Assembly: GCA_977020255.1 (NCBI GenBank)
Contig: CDROCS010005425.1
Coordinates: 62,001 to 126,000 of the forward strand
Source: Obrimoposthia wandeli
Lineage: Eukaryota
Direction of reading: 5' to 3'
Length of the DNA stretch: 64,000 nucleotides
Shown in pieces: positions 14,148 through 27,889 of this stretch. A program made the position numbers and the translations under genes. The stretch's first letter is position 1, and every line of letters starts with the position of its first letter. The notes beneath the pieces were generated by a model that saw only the letters and a list, made by a program, of their open reading frames with translations, searched no databases and was not told the origin of the DNA.

Positions 14148-14498
14148 ACAAGACGATCAAGCTGTGGAAGATCACGGAGCACCAGAAGCGGCTGGCGGGC
14201 CTCAACTTCAGTGCAGACGAAACTCACAGGCAACCCCTCACTGCTCTGCCCTGTGCTCCACCCTCGTTTGAGCAGCTCCCGCTGTCAAGGCCAATCCAGA
14301 GTGCAGCTGACATCCGTGTACCCTACTATCTCGACCTCAGTGAGCGCCTCGTGACCCAGACCACTCGCCGCACCTTTGCCAACGCACATGCCTACCATAT
14401 CAACTCTATCTCAGTCAATTCCGATCAGCAAACATTCCTCAGCGCCGACGATCTTCGCATCAACATATGGAACCTCCAGCTCACCAATCAGTCGTTCA
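14148..14498 (+). CDS. PPP2R2: PP2A regulatory subunit B55, internal exon (DKTIKLWK...TNQSF)
   Basis: gcag|...|gtgagt, phase 1-1. Encodes DKTIKLWKITEHQKR...RRTFANAHAYHINSISVNSDQQTFLSADDLRINIWNLQLTNQSF, matching human B55 DKTIKLWK...RRIFANAHTYHINSISINSD. Confidence 0.95.
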
Positions 14499-14659
14499 GT
14501 GAGTTTCAGTAAAGCTAATTTTCTATGCTTAAACTAAACTTTAAACTTCGATCCAGCATAAATCTTCATATCTTCTTTATATTCATTAAAATTACAACTA
14601 GATACAACAACTTCAAAGCACCTGACTAATATAGCTTAGACATCATGTGTTTTGGATGA

Positions 14660-15125
14660 AGGTATAATAATCGTATTGACCTGGATCCCGAGCCCCTTCG
14701 GCGTTATAGGCAATGAGTGGGCGGATGTCTGCAACTCAGGGTGCTCAAAGGCCACAGGATGGAAAGGAGTTGCTCTTTGATGTTGCCAAAGCAAGTATCG
14801 GGGGCTCCAGAGAGAAGACAACCGGACAGGAGAAGAACTCAAGGTACTTGAGAGTAGCTAGTCGAAGAGTAGGAGCCTTAGTTTCCAAAGATTCCCTCAC
14901 TGAAGCTTGTGAGCTACCGCAAGCCGATAGGGCCCTAAAATGATGATTTAAGCTGCATATGCGGGAGGAGGAGGAGACGGAACATATCTGTCTACGGTGC
15001 ATAGGAACAGAGACTAAGAAGTTTGACTACTGTATGTGGGGCTGACCTTCCTGAAACATGTACAAGCACTCTCCCTCCGGAAGTGGTTCAGAACAATAAC
15101 AAATCTGGACTGATTGGCGAATTTG
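14660..15125 (+). mobile_element. Non-LTR retrotransposon 3' relic (RNase H plus C-terminal Zn-binding motif)
   Basis: LTWIPSPFGVIGNEWAD matches the RNase H motif WxPxHxGIxGNExAD. Downstream EEEETEHICLRC resembles the CxxCxxxxETxEHxxxxC motif of I/R1/Loa-type LINEs. Confidence 0.65.
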
Positions 15126-18100
15126 AAATACTAGTCTGTGTTGACAACCTATCACAATCTGTTTAGTCAGTCAAAAACTTACACACACGCATATTATTAT
15201 CATTCATTTTCAATTGATGATAATACAAAAAACATTGTGGCTCTTGAATTTCCCTTTGTGTCTAATCTAGGTAATCTTCACGTAAGTAGCGTAAAGTGGT
15301 TCTTTTAGCGGTGGTTTAAAGTGGTGACCTTAAGGTTCTGGTAATCTATAACATAAAATTAACGAGTTTATCTACCATGATGAATGAATTTTCAGTCCAA
15401 CCGTTACCATAACATGCATAGATGGGAAATCTTTGTTAGTTACCATTTAAATTGACGAACATAATCTGCAATATAGTCTCGATTTATTTTCCATTTCACG
15501 TTGTTTGAGAAAAGCGAAAACATTCCCATTTATTTTTCACTTCTATTGATTTAATCCATAATTGTTTCTAAGGAGAAAATATCCAAAGTTACTTTAAATA
15601 TGGTTTCATCCTACATCGCCAGTTCTGCTGACCAAAAATGACTCACTAGGCATCCATATTAAATCGTGCGACTTCAATGAAGAAAGCCACACATTGTATA
15701 TATTTAAAGTTAGAGAATAATTTGAGGACGTTACCCCCAGTACTTCTAATCATTAGCTTTAACCGCTACAACTAAGCTCCTGATTCCATCTATCCCAATG
15801 AAAATTTTGATTTAAACAAGTTACAGAATATAGCATTCGTATGCATTTTAACTAGGATAAATTCTCCCGAGAATTTTCATCATATATATTTACATTCTGC
15901 TCTGCCGAAACTTTTAACTGAACTTTGTGAATTTTATCGTTTCTTCAGCATCAGAAATAATTTGATAGGTTGAAGTCGCAACAATATCTCCCTTAGGGAG
16001 TTCTAGTTTTTGACAAAGAAATTTTGCCTTAACTATCGCTACGCCCTTTTTCAAAATTGGTTTCTTTATAAGAATTATTTTGATTTTAGACATCAAACAA
16101 AATTGTGTCAGTACATCAGTTAGAAATGGCTTGTTGACTGTCATTATCATCTCAAATGGCTTTGGTTCAGCACATCATTGTAACACGATTCCAGATCAAG
16201 CATCTTATGGCTGTAAATTTTGGTGAGAAGATGCCTAATCATGAGAACACGTGGGAATTATTTTAAAATATATGCACATTAACAAATCAAATATTTTAAA
16301 CTTTGAATCATTTGAGTATAGAAATGTTTCAGGAAGAATTGTTTGTTATAAGCAGGGTTTTCGTTTTGAACAATTCTTAATAACCGAGGTTTTGTACATG
16401 TGATATAAATAGATAAGGCTCCAAAAATGTCCTTACAGCCTTTTTTGTTAAAGGATTTTTTAATTTCAAATTTGAAACTTTTAAACAAAATATACAAAAC
16501 ATAATTTTAAAATACTAAAGAACTGCTGTTAAAGCATACATATGTATTTAAAGAGCCTTTTAGGCACTTAAGAAGTTTGTAAAAGACAAAAACACATCCT
16601 AGAAAAATGTTATTCCGTTATTATATACTTACGTTCATGAAAATCATTACTTTTAGCATATATTTACTATGAGCATCCTTAATGATTATTTAACCCTGTA
16701 ACGTATTTCTTATTCATTTCACGTGTATTAAACAGCTGAACATTGAATTTGCCGAAAAAGAGAAGAAGAAAAGAAAAAATTCAACTAGTCGTTATTAGCA
16801 ATACTAAGTTCGTTGAAATTTCTAAGCAACGGTGAATTCTCCTCTTCATTCTAGTCGGTCGATTAACCGCACCCAAATATGTCATCTCACCTGGCCATCT
16901 GACATGCCGCAGACAATGAAGAGCTGCATGGTTATTACTGAGCTATTTACCAGGATATCTCGCTGCGTGACGCATATGCTGCTAGTTGATGATAAAGACA
17001 ACCATGGTTAGGAAATTACAACATTAAGAAGAATTAGAAAAATGCACCATTATACACCTAGAATTATATTTGGGGATCGTAGAGCTTACCCATATGTATA
17101 CACACTTTGTATTATATATAATTTTACACTATATATTTTAAATATACAATCTTCTGAACCGTTTTGAAACACCATCCAGCAATAGAAATTATCGAATTGT
17201 ATATCACAAATTTTATTCATATTTACAAACAATTGTCAAAAAAAATATTAGCTGTACTACATGATTAGAATTTATTTATTTTTTAAATTTATACATTATT
17301 ATATATATTGTTTAAATGTTACGTTGCTAAGGGATTCATAAGTTTATGTATTTAAACAACAATGAATCACTTAATGAAGCCACTTTAATATTATGTAATG
17401 TTGATGATTTATTTACTGAGGATGAGATATTTATAAAGAATTTTAAATTTTGCTTTATTTTATAAAATTAAAATAGTGGAAATTTACATGGAGAAATACG
17501 GTACTTAGTCTCCTTACATAATAAGCATTTTTGGATTTGAATAAAAGCTTTCTTTTTTGTTCATGCTTTATCAGGTAACCAATGTAATTTTTAAATATGG
17601 TTTAATTGAACCAGCTTTCTTACACAGTAAACATTGCAATTGTCGAATAATTCCCAGCGATTCTCCAGCTAAAGAAGCTACTCAATCGTTAGTTCACACA
17701 TTTAGATTTTGCAATTCTGATTGTCAAGGCCCCCGCGACACAGCGTCCAGCCTAATAGGGAATGAGAATATAGTGTCTATTGAACAAATATCTCTCTACA
17801 ATTGACTGAAAACGGGTAATAGCGCATTCGACAGGAATGGGATTAGATTCCAATTATAGCTGTGTCAGCACTTCTGTTGATTCCCGTCACTCCTTTCCAA
17901 ACTGCTCTGAGTAGTGTCTGGCTATTTTTTCGAATTAGAAAGCTAACCCTTTGCAGAGCCACTAAACATAATTGTTTCCTATACAATTCTTATTCCGACT
18001 TTTGGAATAAATTTTAGCTGTTGTAGATGTTAGAAAACGTAAAATTGCTCATCATTTTGATTCTAGTAAACCGATAGCGTTATCTCCAATATGACCTTTT

Positions 18101-18229
18101 AAATTATTTCATCAAATATATCGGCTGAATCAGTGAAACATTGTCATTTTTATGATTTGTCCGAATTCAAATATAAATCATTGTACTAAATAATACAGTA
18201 TGAAATTTAATTTTATTTGTAACTAAATG

Positions 18230-18283
<54 letters not shown>
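18230..18283. repeat. (TA)n-(GA)n compound microsatellite
   Basis: Directly visible. Confidence 0.98.
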
Positions 18284-18285
<2 letters not shown>

Positions 18286-18750
18286 AGTGAACGATTGGGT
18301 GAATGAGTGGGAGTAAATTAGAATGAGTGAGTAAATGAGAATGAGTGAGTACGTGAGAATACATAATAGTAAGAATGAGTAAGTGGGCGTGAAAGTGAGT
18401 GAAAGAGTCAGTCGGTGAGTAAGTGGGAGTGAGTGAGGAAGTATGAGAAAGTGGGTGTGAGAGTGAGTGAGTAAGAATAAGTGAGAGTGAGTGAAAGGCT
18501 GGGTTAGTGAGTAAGTATGAGAAAGTGAGAGTGAGTGAAAGGGTGGGTTAGTGAGTAAGTATGAGTAAGTGAGTGAAGAAGTATGAGAAAGTGAGAGTGA
18601 GTGAGTGGGTGTGTAAGTATGAATGAGTTGGATCGAGAGTTAATGAGAGAAAGTGAGTGAGTAATAATAAGTAAGAGTGAGTGAAAGAGTGGGTTGGTGA
18701 GTAAGTATGACTAAGTGGGAGTGAATGAGTAAGAATAAGTAAGTGAGAGT
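18284..18750 (+). repeat. Degenerate GAGT/GTGA low-complexity array, almost C-free on +
   Basis: Directly visible; ends about 35 bp before the B55 acceptor. Confidence 0.9.
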
Positions 18751-18787
18751 GATATTTTTCAGACACTGAACTAGCCAATTACTGCAG

Positions 18788-18952
18788 ACGTGGTTGATAT
18801 CAAGCCGGCCAACATGGAGGACCTGACAGAAGTCATAACTGCCGCCCAGTTCCACCCCAGCTGCTGCTCCCTGCTCATCTACAGCAGCAGCAAGGGCACC
18901 GTGCGGCTCTGTGACATGAGGGAACGCGCTCTCTGTGACAACGGAGCCATCG
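18788..18952 (+). CDS. PPP2R2: PP2A B55 internal exon ([19 protein letters not shown]...LCD)
   Basis: ctgcag|...|gtactg, phase 1-1. Encodes [55 protein letters not shown]. Confidence 0.95.
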
Positions 18953-20011
18953 GTACTGTCTCCATAGCAACCATCACACAACAGTTTCTACACTCGTAGT
19001 TGTCACCTAAATATTTCAGATGGGAAGTCTATTAGACTTAGCGACTTTTACAGAACAGTAGTTCCAAACGTATTGTAAATGGGAGAAATGTTATTGTCAC
19101 CTGAGATCATATTTGACATTGCATTCCGCTAATGATTCTAGCTTTCAATCACAGTATTCAACGGGACAAATTCAGTTATATATCGATTTGGATTCCTTGA
19201 CTAACGCCTTGTTTAACAAATTGGTCAATTGTTTACCACCTCAAAAGGGAATTTATCAAAGTGAAAATTTTATCTCAGGTTTACAACATATTCTAAAAAT
19301 GTTTGTCAGAACAATTGTAAAATATTCACTGCCTAACATTATCAGATATAAATAAAGAAAATTATTAAATTTACACATAATAATATTGTTGAAATTCTCT
19401 GTGGCTATTATAGGGTTTCGGAAAGGTATTTAAAAGCAATGCAAAGTTGTGATAATGTTTAACCCCTCAGAATTACTAAGGTAGGAATAAGTATCATGAT
19501 AAACATTATCATTAAAATAGATTTGAATTTTTTAAATTGTGTTTACTTAACTCAAACAAACATAACTTTATATATATATTTTAAAATAATGAATTTGAGG
19601 AAGAAAACGTTTGCTACACTACTTCTTTTAGAATAAATGTTAAAAAATCAAATATTTCTGATTTTTCAAAAGTTCAAAATACAATCAGAATAGTCGTTTG
19701 ATAAGAAATTATAAAAATCAAAACTTTCTGTATGATGAATTTTTTCAAAACTATTAACAAAATAATTTCAATTAATAAATTTTCTGTTACATTTAGTCAC
19801 TTTTAAAAGTTTTGCATTCATTGTAGCCAATAAAATTCATAACTGTTTCAGTTTTGTAAACATTCCAACAATCTCATCGGACTGTTATATAAAATATTCT
19901 TCACAATTTTTCTCCATAAAATTTATGTCAACTCTTCTCGATGGCCAACCTTTCCTTTGGATTTTTTTTATTACAATAATCAATACAGAAATCTTATGCA
20001 TTTTTCAGATA

Positions 20012-20760
20012 CAGTAGTCCCTCGATCTGCGCGGGGGTTACATTCCAAAGAAAACACCGCACAATTCAAACCTTAATTAGGGTAATTGGTTCCTATAATC
20101 AAAAATTACATACATTTGAACAACAAAAATAAAAATTCTTTTTGCAAATGTATATGAAGAGTCATTGAGCTTCTCTTGTAATAGTTTTTATATAAAATAT
20201 TATTTTTTTTACAAAAACAAAACGTGAAATAAAATCAATAATAATAATAGATAACTTTATTCACTTATATCATAAACTAAATAATTTGACAATTTACAAA
20301 TCCATTTCTATTTGCTGGGGTATACGAAAAATCTCATAAAGACTGGTTTGCTTCATTGGAAAATTGTGCGGAATTTCTTTATAAGGTGCCACAGCTAATT
20401 CCAAATTCCATCGAAACTTTAAGACTCGATCCATATCATTATCTATGTCAAGCGCTATCTGACTGAGTTGGGAAGCTAATTTTAAAATGTATGAAACATT
20501 TTTTCTTTTTAGTTTACTTTGCGTTGGATCTTCTACATCAGCTTCAGTTTCATTATCTCTTTCTGCTTCCAAATAAATCAAAAGATCTTCAGTAGACAAT
20601 TCTTCAAGAACTTCGATTACATCCGCTTCTTCTAAAACTTGAAATCCGTCTCCACCAGTCATGTGACTATTTTTCCAAAATTGCATATTTTGCAGGCATT
20701 TCGACGTTGGAATTTTCTGCAAAGCTCTCCTTCCCTAAGATTTTCATTGCCATAGTTTTC
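20012..20760 (-). mobile_element. Tigger/pogo-like transposon 3' fragment with terminal inverted repeat
   Basis: TA|CAGTAGTCCCTCG terminus at 20010-20024. ORF 20294-20722 (GGDGFQVLEEADV...ELSTEDL...DIDNDMDRVLKF...APYKEI...KQTSL) matches the Tigger transposase C-terminus. Confidence 0.8.
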
Positions 20761-21639
20761 CAATTCCTTAAATATTTATAATTTCGTTTCCAAATTTAAC
20801 ATCTTCCTCTTGTTAGTTAATTTTTTTAATTTTTATATCAGCGGTTATTTATTTATTCAAACTAATACTAATTTGATTTATTTTAAAGTTATAATCTTTG
20901 AGTTTGAAAATATCTTTATATTTATTGTCATTTATAAGTAGTCTCCTGTTTTGAAACTAATATAAAAGAAAATCTTAAAAATTTTAATTCTCCAAAAAGT
21001 AATGAGAAAAAAATATATTTTTTTGTTGATTGAATAAATCTGCGCTGTTCGATTTTTTTTCGCGCAAAACGAATTTTTAGGTGGTAATAACTCAACTGCG
21101 CATAACAAACCCGCTATTTTTTAAATTTGTGCAAATTTTTATGTTGTAGTAAATTTTTTTGAATATTAAAATGTTTTCTTTATGATATTAATAATGGAAA
21201 CCAAATCGTGAATTTTATTTTGACACTTCCAAATTCCACACTTGAACAAATGAATATTTTCTCATTTTGAGACTACTGATAGAAATATTTATGTGTTGTA
21301 TTGATTTAATAATTGTACATATTTTTTAATTTTATTTAATATCTTCTCTTTTTTACATTTCTTTTAGACAAAACCTTTAAAATTTAATTTCTAATATTTG
21401 TACAAATACGCTGTTGTCATTTGTAAGTAGCTAATTATACTCAAATATAGATTTAGAAAATTACATTAGGATTTTTCAAAACACATTAGTGAATAATTTG
21501 GAATTTAAAAACAGCATATTTTTTATAAACTCTTTTAAAGTATTGGTTATTATTAAATAATAAAACCTAGTAAATTGACTTTTGTTTTAGTACATGTTTT
21601 ATTTGTGTAAAAGCGGGCAAACTACTCGATTTTTCTTAC

Positions 21640-21990
21640 CAAAAGACTTCCACGATAGTTTGTTAAACAGTTTGCACAGCAAATTATGATTTGGGCAGGG
21701 TTTTCAACAAAATAAAATTAGTTCCCTTTGCCTCACAGTAAATGCTAAAACATCAAGACATGATAAAAAAATGAAAAGAACATTTAAATTCTCATCAATC
21801 ATTTCTTTAATTGATCTTTTCAAAATAAATGTTGGCAAAGAAATGGTCGTTGTGACGTTATGTAACTTCAAATGGCCAGATTACATACATGGTTTGACTC
21901 CAGTGGATTTCGATCTTTGGCGTCCTTTAGTGGCATTTTATTAAATGGTTTACTGGAAAATTTATTTTAGTACTTATGTGATATAGAATT
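21640..21990 (+). mobile_element. Tc1/mariner transposase relic
   Basis: Fragments QIMIWAGF and GLTPVDFDLW in the expected order; heavily frameshifted. Confidence 0.45.
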
Positions 21991-21994
21991 CAAT

Positions 21995-22400
21995 TTAAAG
22001 GTGTTATTGAGTGTGTGCATTATCATCCAGTAACCAATGTGACACTGGACTTTCTTAATTCCTTCAGAATCCTCCTAAACAAGTCACTGCAGTGTCCTGA
22101 TTTCATCATTTTTCTCCATCTGAAAAATCCATAGATGAAATTTTATGATAATCCCAAGAATAGTTAGTATGAAATTTTTTTTTAAAATATTTAATCCTCA
22201 ATTTTTGAGTTGGTCTTTAATTTGGAAACTCTTGTTCCTGTTTTTTTCTGTTGATTACATCGATAAAGCTTCAGTGAGTATGCTTTGAAAACATTAATCA
22301 CATTTTGCTGCAATATTTTGGGATTTTTGTCACATGTAATTGACTACTTTTATTCATAAGTAATACATTTATGCATAAGTTAAGTATAACTTTTCAATTC
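21995..22400 (-). mobile_element. mariner-like transposase relic
   Basis: Fragments WDYHKISSMDF (cf. VFWDxxGIIxxDFL) and WLLDDNA (cf. LLHDNA). Confidence 0.4.
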
Positions 22401-23899
22401 TTTCATCAATTACAAAATATGTTTGGCGAGAAATAAAAAGAAGATTTATTTTGTTCAAAGGTATTTGACAAGTGCTTGAAAGCGACTTTAGCAAAACAAA
22501 ATTTTAAAAGTTTCAGTTCCTGATTTTAACTCTTGAGCCCAAATTCCTCAAGATAATAGTAGAAACTTCGAGGGATAAAAACGCCTTAGACGTACTTTAC
22601 GGAGAGGTAAGGTCGCGTGATATTTAATGGTTATTAACATACTTTTACAATCAAATCTTTTTTTGTTGCTATTTTTTGAATAATTTTAAAATTTATCATA
22701 TCTTCAATAAACATTTCGCTTTTTATTATAAACTTCTTATTTAAACAATATGTTACGTGTTTACATTAATTATAATTTCTGAATTACACAAAGTGTGTCA
22801 GTGACCTCCAAATATGGCATGAACTTCCATTTTAGAGAAATGCACCTGCGCCAAAATCCTCATAAAATAAGTAAGTAATTGTATACAACATATTGTGTAA
22901 TTATTTTCAAAATATCTTACGATTTAAAATTACCAATTAAAACTATTGGTTTAAAAATTCTTTGATTGAATGTTAAAACAATAAAACATGACTGTTGTTC
23001 AGTTCATTGCTCATGTGACACGAAGTTTATTGATTTACAATTGTTTTGGCTGGTAATGTATGAGCATATAGCACCATTCGAATATCTTACTTCGTTGTTA
23101 GAAATTTTAATCAGATAATCACCAGGATCTTAAAATTAAGCTTTATCATACAGTTATTCGAACACTCTTGCAAATATACTAGATTCATATACATAAATAA
23201 AATAATTTAATGTGTTTTAATGTAATTATATTGTATTTCAACCATCTCACCATTCTTTACCAATATCCCGACAGTATCTTTCGTATGAGCTTTCTTCCGT
23301 TTCCAAAGGGAACTTTGTTGCTTCATTCGTGTATTTTCCTGTAATCGTAATAGTCCCTTCATAGGGATTGATTTGTAATCTTTTTCATTTTTCATTTTCT
23401 CTTTTCTCCCCACCGAAAGATGATATGGAGTAGAATAATTTTAACTTATATATACAAAGTCTTGACAGCTCTTTTTATAACGAACTTTTAAAAGATTTCC
23501 CTCTGTCTGTATTTCTTATCAGTGAGTAACTGTCTTGGCTTCTTTTGTTAGTCTGAGATGAACCAATTAAATACCTATTTGGGGTCAATCGTAATTTTTT
23601 GCGAAACTCATAGCTTTGTTCTGGAGTTAGGTCGGATATTTTGGAAAAAGCTGGCGTCAATGATGTTAATAATTAATAATAGTTTTTTGTTTAGTTTTAG
23701 GAAAGGTTTGTTTAAAAGAGTAATTTTGGTAGCGACGAAAAACATTTGAATGTGTAAAAGTGTGAAGAAGTTGAATAAATTGATTGATCCAGTGATGCCT
23801 TTTATTTTGATGGAAACCCAAAAAACAAGCTTCATGTTTCAACGCAGCAATTTAACTTTTGGAGAATGAATTTTAGGATTTTAATTCGATATTTTTCTT

Positions 23900-24290
23900 G
23901 AACAAATTAAACAAATTTCTACGTGGTATTTACAGTAAATAAAATTTTAGTAATAATGGCAAAAACGCCATTCATATATTTAATATAGTGATCATATCTA
24001 ATAAATCTTATTTATTACTCAAAAGCGCTTCCTGTTTTCCATTATTCTTTCTAATATTCTGTGAAGAGCATCAAGTCTTAGGCTGGTTCTTGAATTTGTC
24101 AGCATTGTTACAGTTTCTTATGTTCATCGGTAGAATGCTGTAAAGATTCTGAGCATAAATTACAAGATTCCGTCACTCTGTTATTTAAGAATTTCTTAAT
24201 CAATCAGAAATCATTCATGAAATGTCACCATTACTCATAACATGCATGTACATGCTCACTGCACCAGATTCTAGACGAACGTATAAATAT
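23900..24290 (-). mobile_element. L2/CR1-type LINE 3' relic (second copy)
   Basis: GAVSMYMHVMSNGD...NLYSILPMNIRNCNNADKFKN; DNA similar to 2340-2470 (catgctcactgcaccag shared). Confidence 0.55.
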
Positions 24291-24477
24291 TTGTATATTA
24301 AATTAATTAATAAATAGTCACATTAGTAATTCCATTACCAATTTACGTTTTCTGTACTTATTCTCTGACAGTCTAGATTAAAACGCTATCTTGATTCAGC
24401 TGTATCTCGGTCAAAGCTGTTCAGAATCGAAGTCACTGTTTATGAGCTAAACGTGCATAGAAGTTGATAGTTACAAC

Positions 24478-24545
24478 CAGGCCCGGTTCTAGGCGTAGGC
24501 GACGTCGGCGGCACTTTTCCGAAATTTTTTAGGGCGGCATTTTCT
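24478..24545 (+). mobile_element. Possible hAT-type terminal sequence
   Basis: GC-rich CAGGCCCGGTTCTAGGCGTAGGCGAC resembles hAT non-autonomous termini; no partner end identified. Confidence 0.3.
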
Positions 24546-25384
24546 TAATTTTATTTTTGATACTTTTTCAAAACGAAACGAAATAAATTTCAAAATCCAT
24601 GTAAAATTTTAAATTTTTCGTTATGTTTTCGCATTTTTCGTTTGTTTTGCAGTAACTATGTTTCCTGTTTATTAAGTATGAAATTATCTATTTAGCTCTA
24701 GCGTATACTAGATGGCGTTGATTACAATGCCATCTAGGTTTATTGGTTTTCTTGCTTTTAAAATGATTGGTTTTCTTGCTTTTGAAATTTGAATTTTTTG
24801 CTTAGGTGGCGGTGACTTTTCCGCGATTTAAATACCAAGTTTATACTGTAAAAATATTGCGTTCTTTTGTATGCATATTTCATTTTTGTTTAAAAAGTCG
24901 AAAAGGAAACAATAATAAAAAAGTTTTATAAGTAATAAATTAGAAATATTCAGTTCAAGTGTATCATAATATCAATATTTCATCTTAATATTTTATTGAG
25001 TAGGTAAGTAAATTTATCAAATATATAAATTTAGGTATATCATATAGTATAACTTACAACTTCAGACAATATTGTTAATTTGAGAATTCATACTACGTTT
25101 CTTTTCAAGAATAAATCTCACATTTATTTCACTGTTACTGACCTTAATGTAGCTTTAAAGTATTGTGTTATTGAAACATAATTAATTTTGTTTACTTCCT
25201 TTTCTTTAATATATCTCTTACACATCACCGTTTTGTTTCATTAATTACATTTACAATTTTCTTCAACTTTCCCAAACAGGGAGTTGGAACACGTGCGACA
25301 ATTAGATGTATGTCATCAGATATGCTTCTGAATTTCTATTACAGTAAATTTACTGGTCATCAAACTTGTATCTAAGAAACAAAC

Positions 25385-25560
25385 TGGCACCTATAATAGA
25401 GCCCCGAGGTACTCCATATTTTAAATATCCTCGTTGGAAAACTTGCCATCAAAAGGAACTACTTGTCGGCCTGTTAAATAGCTTTCTAACCATTTCAAAC
25501 TGGTTTCTACGAATCCAATATTGATCCTGTCTTGAAGAGGAATATTATTAATTATTCTTT
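25385..25560 (-). mobile_element. Non-LTR reverse transcriptase relic
   Basis: LKWLESYLTGRQVVPFDGKFSNEDI followed by YGVPRGSIIG (RT motif GVPQGSILGP). Confidence 0.75.
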
Positions 25561-26599
25561 TGTTAACTACTTATTTTTTCTATATTAGTCGCATATTTTA
25601 CCTCCTTCGTTTTTCTGAGCTAACTTTCTTCTTATACAAGTTCGTAAATAAATTCCACTTTCTAGAAAAAATGCGTCTAAGAATATTAAATATGGTGTTT
25701 CTATTGGTGTCTGAGGTATATTTGGAAATACATAAATTAAACATGTAGCTGAAACCCCGAGTAACAAGGTCACAGTATAATTGAGGTCATTATCGATCTA
25801 CAAGGCGTGCTGCTAGACACCGCCAGCACAATGACCACATTTGCACTCCCCACTTCTGACTGTTCTGTCATTGGCGTTTTACAACCAACATCACTTGCTA
25901 AGACGATTTAGTCGCTGCCATTTCCATGGTAATATGGTCACATGTTGCATTGTAGTTCATCTGTTTCGACTTCTTATAAGTATAATAGTGTCCTAAGGGG
26001 TGACATTCCAAAATCCCTTCAATGTCGCAATTTATTTAATCATACATTTTTCAGTTTGAACAACTTTTTTTGATGTTTTGTGTAATTAATATTGACTGTA
26101 TAGGGCGAGACCTGTTGTTGCCCTTTCGCCTGATATATTGCTCGAAGCAAAACTGAAGACATCAAAGCAACAAGGGTAATGACAACGTTAATACGAATAT
26201 ATTTAATAAAAGCACTTTCAGTTTGCCAAGGTTGATATTGTTTCTTCGTAATATTTTCTATCGAAAGCGCCACTAAATTTTACAGTGCATTATCTCCTTT
26301 ATTGGGATATTCTTTTCTTATTAATATTCAAAAAGAATTGAGCAAAAATTTCATATATTTTAATGTCAATGCTCGGTCATTTATGTGGTCTATTAATTCT
26401 TCTTCTTTAAGACTTAAATTAATATTTTCATTTGGAGATTCAACAAAAAGATTTCGTATTCAGTTATGAATCGATCGATATTTATAGCAAATAATGAATA
26501 TTTCATTTTGGTTCCATGGTAAAGATCAAAGATGTCGACTAGAATTTACTTGTATTCAACTTTCAAAATTCTACTACTACAATTACGAATATTTAAACA

Positions 26600-27790
26600 A
26601 ATTGTCGCAGGACCCTGTGATGTTTTATGACATCATTCTACTTAGTCTGACAGGTACACTGGTCTTCTCCTCACTTATCCGGATCATAGAGCTGGACCGT
26701 CTGATCGTCTCGTGGGGCCACTATATTATAATTCTCGGTTGTTTCTTTGATAACCTTTGTCGCAGTAGGCCTTATGGGAAACATGGCGTGAAATGTCGTC
26801 GATATCTGTGTTAGTCGATGAATTTGTCCCTGTCACTGTTCATATCTTCCACTGACTTGTGCACCTTCCATATGTTGGCTTAGCGTAGACTTGGCTACTA
26901 GGACTGTACTAAGAGGCTTCAATCTCGTGATGAGGATATTCAGGAGACTCATTTCACTCGATCCAATTTCTTTTCCAATGTAGTGTTGTCAAAGTAAACT
27001 ATTTCAATTGAGCTTTTATTTGTTCGCACCGCCATTTTCTACTATGGTTTCGTTCTACTATCCCATGCCCCTGTGGGTGATGCGCACACCTGAAAAGTAG
27101 GTGCTCTCCAGTATTTGAAATTTTTTTGATAACGCGCATGAATTGTTACATAAATTTATTTTATTGATCCTCTTTCTAAGAAAATTTCACGCTGAACGTT
27201 CGATATATTCTCAGAATCTTCATTTGGTATCGTTTTCCAAATTGCAAAATGGCTTGTACCACTTTCCACAATTGTTAAATAAAATAAATCACAATAATGT
27301 GTAACATCGATTGCAAGATGGGACCATTTATCATCAACACTTAAACTCCTTTGCTCCCAAGATATCGGATTGGGATCAACAGATTTACACTTATGGCTAC
27401 TTTGAATTACATTGTTTTATTTTTGGTTTAGGACGACAGTTGTGAAAGTTGGAATGAAGAAAAATAAAAATGTCTTATGATCAGCATCACCTAGGCTTTG
27501 ATAGAACAGCATTTTTTTTTTCATAGAGACATTTAATATGCTGTTCTATCAAAGCCTAGGTTATGCTGATCATAATACATTTTTATTTTATTTATCTTCA
27601 TTCCAACTGCCGCAACTGTCGTCTTATTTAACCAGACTCTCGGAAATCGGGTGATTCTATCTGCTATGTTCTTTTCCGATCTTACACATGTCACGGAAAT
27701 ATTTATGTCCATTTCTTTTTGGATGTTTTTGATGGTACCTAGCCGTCTCTTTATTAGCAATTCAGAACTACCTCGAGCCTGGACTTAACT
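26600..27790 (-). mobile_element. Ty3/Gypsy pol relic (end of RNase H plus integrase)
   Basis: LLIKRRLG...SEKNIADRITRFP...WL; CKSVDPNPISWE...WSHLAIDVTHY; FRCAHHPQGHGIVERNH. Confidence 0.75.
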
Positions 27791-27889
27791 TTCTCCAGTC
27801 AGTGTGGCACAAATCCACCAAAAGACAAATCCATCAGGAGTCGGTCAGGATTTTAATATCATTCAAACCCCATGAAACTGCCAGTGTAA

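Noticed and set aside
15300-16200. Possible LINE RT relic on -
   Set aside because: Only weak fragments (AIFCNLFK, GGNVLKLF); too degenerate to support by eye.
18548-18981. Minus-strand ORFs of 76 and 113 aa
   Set aside because: They are antisense shadows of the low-complexity tract and the B55 exon.
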